Assembly (NCBI GenBank): GCA_964599365.1 | Contig: CAZRFL010000004.1 | Location: forward strand, 22,834 to 86,833 | Length of the DNA stretch: 64,000 nucleotides | Source of the DNA: an uncultured Bacteroidales bacterium | Lineage (GTDB): Bacteria > Bacteroidota > Bacteroidia > Bacteroidales > CAIWKO01 | Direction of reading: 5' to 3' | Part shown: one piece after another, positions 58,186-64,000 of the stretch | Numbering within the stretch: position 1 is the stretch's first letter | Layout of the letters: every line of letters begins with the position of its first letter | Notes under the pieces: model-generated | Told to the model about the DNA's origin: nothing | The model's input: the letters and a program-made list of their open reading frames with translations, nothing else | Databases searched by the model: none | Program-made: the position numbers and the translations under genes

Positions 58186-61100
58186 TTACTGCGCCAGAGT
58201 AAATCTTAAGCTAATACCACCATTGATGTTGGAATTAGGATATTGCGACGAAACATAAGGATTGTTTATGATATGATCGTAAAACAAACGGAAGTTTAAT
58301 TTTTCGCTGATCTGATAATCTGCCGAGAAGTTAATAGAGATAATTTGGCCCCCGGCAGAAACCTGATCCATCTCCTCTACCAGTTTACGTAAAGTGGTTT
58401 TATTCTGTCGTAACGAAAAATCGAGTTTCAGGTTAAGATCGCTCTTGAAGTTCTTTTTGAAAACCTTAAACTCAATGGATTTGAACCTATAGCCTGCTCC
58501 AATAATATACTCATTGGTTGAGATCTCGGTAAGTTGATTGTTAGCAAAGCTCAGAGAAAGATTTCTGGATTTTTTCCATTCCAGTTTGATCAGCAAACTA
58601 TTGTTCATGGTCATATCCATACCTATCAGCGGACTGAATTGCTCTGTAATAGAAACCATTCCGATTTCTTTTTTCACAAGGAAATTACCTATCTGATCCC
58701 GGATATAGGCGAAACCATCCGCATCTTCCTTATACCTGACATTGGTGGTAAACGAATTCACATTGTAAGTGGCACGGTAAGTATGACTCAGGGATACGGT
58801 TTTAAAGTATCTCTTTATAAATCCAATCTTTGTTAAACCATTATAGGTAATGCGCCAGTTAGGCATGGGTATAGCCTTCAATATCTTTTCAGAGAAAGGG
58901 GAAAGCGATATCTTATTGGGGTCCTTACCCAAATAGGCTGCCAGGAATGCTGGAATCAGCACATCTTGAGATGTAGGGCCGTATCCGTCAGGGAACTGGG
59001 TTGAATCAACGATCTGACCTGTAGCATTTGGATTTTGACTCTCAAGACGCTGAGCGATGATAATACGATATTCCTTAAACCGGTTAAAAATATCATTGGA
59101 GTTATCTTTATTATCGCCCACAAATGCAGTTTTCCAGCCCAGAACCGTTGTGCTGAAACTACCTGCCTCGACCATGGAGAATGGATCGCTGTGCTGGTTG
59201 TCGCCTAAATAACGATAGTAAGCCGAATTCTGGGTCGCATAATTGGTATTGCCAGTAACGTCTATCTTCAGACCATTTAGTGGTTCCAATGATATGGCAG
59301 CATTCAGCACTTTGGTTTGCTTCATTGAAAAAGGAGTATTCAAAGTAGTATCGCGCGATATCCAGCCCTTTTCAAAAGCCTTACCAACAATATCGCCAGT
59401 GCTGCCAAACATATCACCCGGACTGCCAAAAACAAAACCAACGGTAGGAGCCATATCATTCCAGTCCATACCCAGCGCAACCGGCTTATTCATGAAGCCA
59501 GGTAACATACGCCCATTGCCTTCCTGATATGAAATATTGAATGTTTTTATGCTCATCAGCAAACTCAGGGTGTTGTCAATAATTTCTTTAAATACATTTA
59601 CCTTAGGCTTCAGCGAGTCCTGAGCATCCGTAGGCATATTGGTTTTTGGCTTTTTGGTTTCTGTTACACCCTTTCGCTTATCATTGATCTTCTTCAAATA
59701 CTTAATCTTGTTATACAGGTTGGTCATATTTCCTGTAAGATTTAACTGCTCGGTATTGGAGTTTTCAATGGTATTGCCCAGCGGATTGTCAACAATTCTT
59801 CCCAGACTATCGGCTGCCAAAGGCAAAGCCTGCCAATTATAGGTACCACCATATTTTACCGAAAGGTTCAACCAGTTAAATGCCGGTATCTTATTAATGG
59901 GGACCACGTAATTAATGTCAATGGTCTGTGTGTAGCTGGTCATACGTCCAAAATTCAGTACGTTTTTCCAGATAGAATCTTTCTTTTGTTTGTAATCAGG
60001 CAAGCTCTTGTCTATCTTTCCGGCAGGCTCATCAATCAATGCAATGGCATGCGCCTGATAATCCAGTTTCAAATTCTGCGTAAGATCCCATTTCAAACCA
60101 TAATCGCGGTTCCATCCGAATCGTTTTACAAAAGTAGGCTCTAGTATGATGATAGCATTAGTCTTATTTCTTAACAGGTTTTCCTGATATTGTTTGTTCA
60201 GATCAGTACGGAACGACAACATTTTGGGCATGTAATTGAAATTGAAGTCTTTTATAATTCTCAACCATTTTGATTTAGAAATAAGTTTCCATTTATCAAA
60301 AGGTTTTACCGGTTTCGGATTGGACGAATAATTATAACCCAGACCTCCGTTATGTGTTATTCTTCTGTCGTATTCAATATCCACATTCCTGTGAAACAGT
60401 TCCGTGTAGGCATAAGTAAAATCAAGGTTCTCCACATCATAGATATGCGACTTGGTGGAAGCCCCCATCTTGGTTTTGCGCACATTCATAAAATTAAGAC
60501 TGGTACGCGTGGTAACATCCTGAGTGATCTTTTTAATAGAGTCTCTTTGAGCCTGGCTGGAATAGGTTGCGAGATCTTCTTTGTATAAAATGTCAGGATT
60601 GATGGGGTTATATTCGGGGGTGCTTCTGATCTCAGAATAATCGAAATGCATAGGGATCTTTATTCCCCATTTTTCAGGGAAGAATTTACCTAATTCCAGA
60701 TTCGTGGCAATGTCATAAGAAGTGATGGTTTCTTTTTGCAGCTGATTCACTTTTTTATCAATACTTCCAAAACCGGGAGTACTGATAGCCGCGGCCAAAC
60801 TGATGTTTCCAAAATCAGCCAGGGTTGCAGCTACCCTTCCGGTAGCAGCCCATCCGCCACTTTGATTAAAATCGGTAAGTCTTAATTCATTAACCCAGAC
60901 CTGTGCACATTTATCTTTACCGTCATCGGTAAAATTGGAAGAACTCTTCTTGGGGTTCCTGATACCAATCATAATAACCGTGACATCGCTGATACTGGGA
61001 TTTCCCACCACAGTGATCTTATTATTTTTACTATCGTAGGTAATAAACGGCAAGGTTAAAGTAACACTTGAACCCGGTTCTCTCAGTTGGATGTTTCTGG

Positions 61101-64000
61101 TTTTCTTGGCTTCCACCAGATCGTCAAGAGTGATCTGCATCTGGTTATTTTCCGGCCATATCTTATCAGGATCATCAGTGCCCCAAGGGGTCAAAATCAA
61201 TGGAATTTCGTATTCATAGTAATTGCTCTTGAAATCGGAACCCAGTCTGATAAATAGATTCAGGTCACCATCGTTCAGAGAAGCTTCATTATTCACTGCC
61301 TCAGCATGAGCATACATTTTTAATGTTTTGAACTTCCTCATGTCGAAGTCGCAGGTTTTATAAACTGCTCTGGCGTCTCCATCCATCAAGTTGCAAACAC
61401 TCATGGACAATGATTGCTCGTTCAGCTGCTGAAGGGATGTAGAGGAATAATTGATCTCACGTTCGATGCCGGGAGGAATTACGTAGGGAACCGGAGTTCT
61501 TTGTCCGTTCTCTTCCAGGTTCACCGCCGAAACATCAAAAGTAGTAGTGGATTGGTCATCAATAGGAACATACTCTCCCGGTCCCAGTAAGGCATAGTTA
61601 TAACGACGCCAGTCACCACGAACTAAATCGAAAGTAGCAAACCTGCAGATCAGGGAGTCGGTAACACCATTAAAGAAAACACGGATGAATCGAATGGATT
61701 TGAAATCCTGAATTCCGCCAATAATTTTATCAGGCGATTGAACGGGCACCTTGAACTGATACCATTTCACCGTGGAAGATGTTCCGTTGGGTAACTGACC
61801 CGTGGTGGCATCCAAAACATCGGTGATATAATTCTGACCCACTATCATCTTGGTAGGATTCAGGTCAATCTTATACTGGAAATATCTTTCGCTTTCACTT
61901 AAGGTGTTATCGCGGTTGATATCCTCTCCGTCGGGCAATGTGGTAGATTGCATGGGATAATTTACCCCGTATTCATCCTGAGTTTGCTGATCGGTTGGCG
62001 AATTGCCATCCGGGCCATTGTAGCTTTTGTAACGTTCCAGAATGGTTTTGCTGGCTGCATCAAAATCAGGTCCTCTGAAATAATGAAAATCATCACCCGA
62101 GGGGTCATTGGCTGCATTGGTAGCTGCCTGTGATCCGGGAAATGCACTGATAACAGCATCAATATAATCGCTAAAGAACCAGGTTTCATTCGTATTGCTT
62201 AGTCCATCCAAACCTACATCCTGATATTGTCTTGATGTTTCGTTGTTGTCGAATGAGTTTGTCAAGGGTTGGGAGTTCGGAACCAAACCCCAGATGGTTT
62301 GATCTATTACATCGGTGGTGTCGCCATCGGCAGGTAAGCCGTTTTCAACGCTTTTTCTGGAATCGCGCAATACATCTTCTGATACATCGCCCAGATCAAT
62401 GTACATCTGACCTCCGTTGCTGGTGGTATTGTAGACGAAAGGATCCATCATCCAGAACTCTATATACTCAATATTGGTTTCCTCGAAATCAGTGGACTCA
62501 ATTCTTCGCATCATACCGGCCCATCTGGATTCGGGAGACACCAAATGTCCGTTGGCATCAAGACCGGAAGAATATCCTTCGCTGCCATCCACGTCATAAT
62601 TATAAGGACCTCTTTCGCTGGGATAATAGGCCATGTTTAGGACAGCAATATTGGAAGGCTGTCCATCGACAGGCTGCCTGTTGGGGAATACTTCCTGCTC
62701 AAAAACCTCGCGAACATAATGATTCGAAATATCATCGTTTGTTATGTTGGGGGGCAACTGATTGTTGTTTCTGAAAAACACGGAAGGATCTATCACATAC
62801 CAGGCCAGTTTGGCTCTGTTATAATTGAAAGCCAAACCGCTGTTAATAGATGCTTCAGGAAACATGTCCGTTTGACCCTGTGGAGTACTGGCCAAGAACC
62901 AACTTCCCACATTTCGAAGATCAATGGTGGACTTGCTGCTTTCGAAATCGTCAATATAGGTGGTTCCGGTTTTGCCAATGGCCTTGGAGTGGCCGGGTAA
63001 CAAATTCGCGAACTCACCGTTGATGGTAATGGTCGAAGGCGCTTTGGTCTGAATAAGGGGTATCATATCAACCAGCTTGGTCAGCCAGCGTGCATCGGTT
63101 GAATAAGCTCCGTCAGCGCCCCAAATGGTATTGGAAATAGGCTCATCGCCATAATTTACCTTTTGGGTGAGGGGTTTTTCCGTAAGGTTAAGCAATGTGG
63201 CACCCACATTAAAGTTTTTATTGATCATATAGTCAACACGCAAGCCCATAAGGGTTTTTGTTTGAATATTGAACATACTGTTGTTTTCCAACGAAATGTT
63301 GATGGGAGTTCCTGAATTTAAGATTCCTTCGTTGATGATCTTAACTCTACCCAGTGTATAATCCACCGTATAGTCAACATTTTCCGTCAGGGGGATTCCT
63401 CCCGCGGTTACTTTTACCGAACCCTGAGGCACATTCATGGCTCCTAAGGATATTTCGGCTCCTGAAGCTGATTTGTAGAAACCCAGTAAGGCAAACTTAT
63501 TTTTATCGGGAAACTGTTGCGCCCCCGTTTTCGTCATGGAGTATAAAGAGTCGTAACAATACCGATCGGCAACTGAATTTAATGCCACATTGCCTCCTGT
63601 TATTGCCTTTCGAAGATCGCTCCCAAAAGGTTCTAAAACCGGGAAATATATCCTGCCGTTACTTGCCTGAATCAAACCACCCACAGTGGCAGCATTGCCC
63701 ACAAAATCGAATACTCCGTCAGGAATAGGATTTTGATTAAGGTCCAGATTGTCGCATCCCAAAGCGCGTATCAGGGGAACTCCGTTGATGGCGCCTTCTG
63801 TGATAAATCCCATAGGAATACCCTGATCTTCGCCGGTAAACACCACATTCAAACGGAAATCTTCCGGATTGATCTGATAACCCCCAATGGAATACACATT
63901 CTTCATCATAAGGTTCCACATAGGGACCTTGGTATTCAGCGATGTGCTCTTCAGTAACTTTACAATAAGACAACTCGGGGCGCTGATACCCGAATTGGTA
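58186..64000 (-). CDS. sprA: T9SS outer membrane translocon SprA/Sov (5'-truncated by window edge)
   Basis: >1900 aa; WNLMMKNVY, NVPQGSVKVTAGG, YIDDFE, IEFWMMDPF, WVNELRL; upstream of gcvH as is usual in Bacteroidota. Confidence 0.93.
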   Translation of the reverse strand, partial: TNSGISAPSCLIVKLLKSTSLNTKVPMWNLMMKNVYSIGGYQINPEDFRLNVVFTGEDQGIPMGFITEGAINGVPLIRALGCDNLDLNQNPIPDGVFDFVGNAATVGGLIQASNGRIYFPVLEPFGSDLRKAITGGNVALNSVADRYCYDSLYSMTKTGAQQFPDKNKFALLGFYKSASGAEISLGAMNVPQGSVKVTAGGIPLTENVDYTVDYTLGRVKIINEGILNSGTPINISLENNSMFNIQTKTLMGLRVDYMINKNFNVGATLLNLTEKPLTQKVNYGDEPISNTIWGADGAYSTDARWLTKLVDMIPLIQTKAPSTITINGEFANLLPGHSKAIGKTGTTYIDDFESSKSTIDLRNVGSWFLASTPQGQTDMFPEASINSGLAFNYNRAKLAWYVIDPSVFFRNNNQLPPNITNDDISNHYVREVFEQEVFPNRQPVDGQPSNIAVLNMAYYPSERGPYNYDVDGSEGYSSGLDANGHLVSPESRWAGMMRRIESTDFEETNIEYIEFWMMDPFVYNTTSNGGQMYIDLGDVSEDVLRDSRKSVENGLPADGDTTDVIDQTIWGLVPNSQPLTNSFDNNETSRQYQDVGLDGLSNTNETWFFSDYIDAVISAFPGSQAATNAANDPSGDDFHYFRGPDFDAASKTILERYKSYNGPDGNSPTDQQTQDEYGVNYPMQSTTLPDGEDINRDNTLSESERYFQYKIDLNPTKMIVGQNYITDVLDATTGQLPNGTSSTVKWYQFKVPVQSPDKIIGGIQDFKSIRFIRVFFNGVTDSLICRFATFDLVRGDWRRYNYALLGPGEYVPIDDQSTTTFDVSAVNLEENGQRTPVPYVIPPGIEREINYSSTSLQQLNEQSLSMSVCNLMDGDARAVYKTCDFDMRKFKTLKMYAHAEAVNNEASLNDGDLNLFIRLGSDFKSNYYEYEIPLILTPWGTDDPDKIWPENNQMQITLDDLVEAKKTRNIQLREPGSSVTLTLPFITYDSKNNKITVVGNPSISDVTVIMIGIRNPKKSSSNFTDDGKDKCAQVWVNELRLTDFNQSGGWAATGRVAATLADFGNISLAAAISTPGFGSIDKKVNQLQKETITSYDIATNLELGKFFPEKWGIKIPMHFDYSEIRSTPEYNPINPDILYKEDLATYSSQAQRDSIKKITQDVTTRTSLNFMNVRKTKMGASTKSHIYDVENLDFTYAYTELFHRNVDIEYDRRITHNGGLGYNYSSNPKPVKPFDKWKLISKSKWLRIIKDFNFNYMPKMLSFRTDLNKQYQENLLRNKTNAIIILEPTFVKRFGWNRDYGLKWDLTQNLKLDYQAHAIALIDEPAGKIDKSLPDYKQKKDSIWKNVLNFGRMTSYTQTIDINYVVPINKIPAFNWLNLSVKYGGTYNWQALPLAADSLGRIVDNPLGNTIENSNTEQLNLTGNMTNLYNKIKYLKKINDKRKGVTETKKPKTNMPTDAQDSLKPKVNVFKEIIDNTLSLLMSIKTFNISYQEGNGRMLPGFMNKPVALGMDWNDMAPTVGFVFGSPGDMFGSTGDIVGKAFEKGWISRDTTLNTPFSMKQTKVLNAAISLEPLNGLKIDVTGNTNYATQNSAYYRYLGDNQHSDPFSMVEAGSFSTTVLGWKTAFVGDNKDNSNDIFNRFKEYRIIIAQRLESQNPNATGQIVDSTQFPDGYGPTSQDVLIPAFLAAYLGKDPNKISLSPFSEKILKAIPMPNWRITYNGLTKIGFIKRYFKTVSLSHTYRATYNVNSFTTNVRYKEDADGFAYIRDQIGNFLVKKEIGMVSITEQFSPLIGMDMTMNNSLLIKLEWKKSRNLSLSFANNQLTEISTNEYIIGAGYRFKSIEFKVFKKNFKSDLNLKLDFSLRQNKTTLRKLVEEMDQVSAGGQIISINFSADYQISEKLNFRLFYDHIINNPYVSSQYPNSNINGGISLRFTLAQ

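Overview
Bacteroidota chromosomal DNA, probably Bacteroidales-like. Support: T9SS sprA and T9SS-CTD cargo, homodimeric glyQS, and TAnnTTTG -7 promoter boxes. Bases 1-20.8 kb form an AT-rich glycan/glycolipid tailoring island. It holds a DegT aminotransferase, a PglD/NeuD-like acyltransferase, a divergent MscL, and a SPASM radical SAM gene back-to-back with a stand-alone FabL-FabZ-FabF-ACP-PPTase module. It also holds GT2, an AsnB amidotransferase, a GIY-YIG gene flanked by REP-like repeats, a GT8-like protein, two Twitch-first radical SAMs, two membrane SGNH proteins, a carbamoyltransferase-SxtK-SxtJ module and GT32. The rest is mostly housekeeping: glyQS, yefM-yoeB, two TonB receptors, dprA, prsW, dNK, kdsB, trmB, dsbD, tilS, tRNA-Phe, coaX-lptC-SurA, tonB, gcvH and sprA, with a small orphan-rich patch at 42.7-47.3 kb. 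Two unrelated 21-bp tandem arrays sit at convergent gene junctions. The best candidate for an undescribed system is the radical SAM + mini-FAS + glycan tailoring island. All family calls come from motif recognition by eye; no searches were run.
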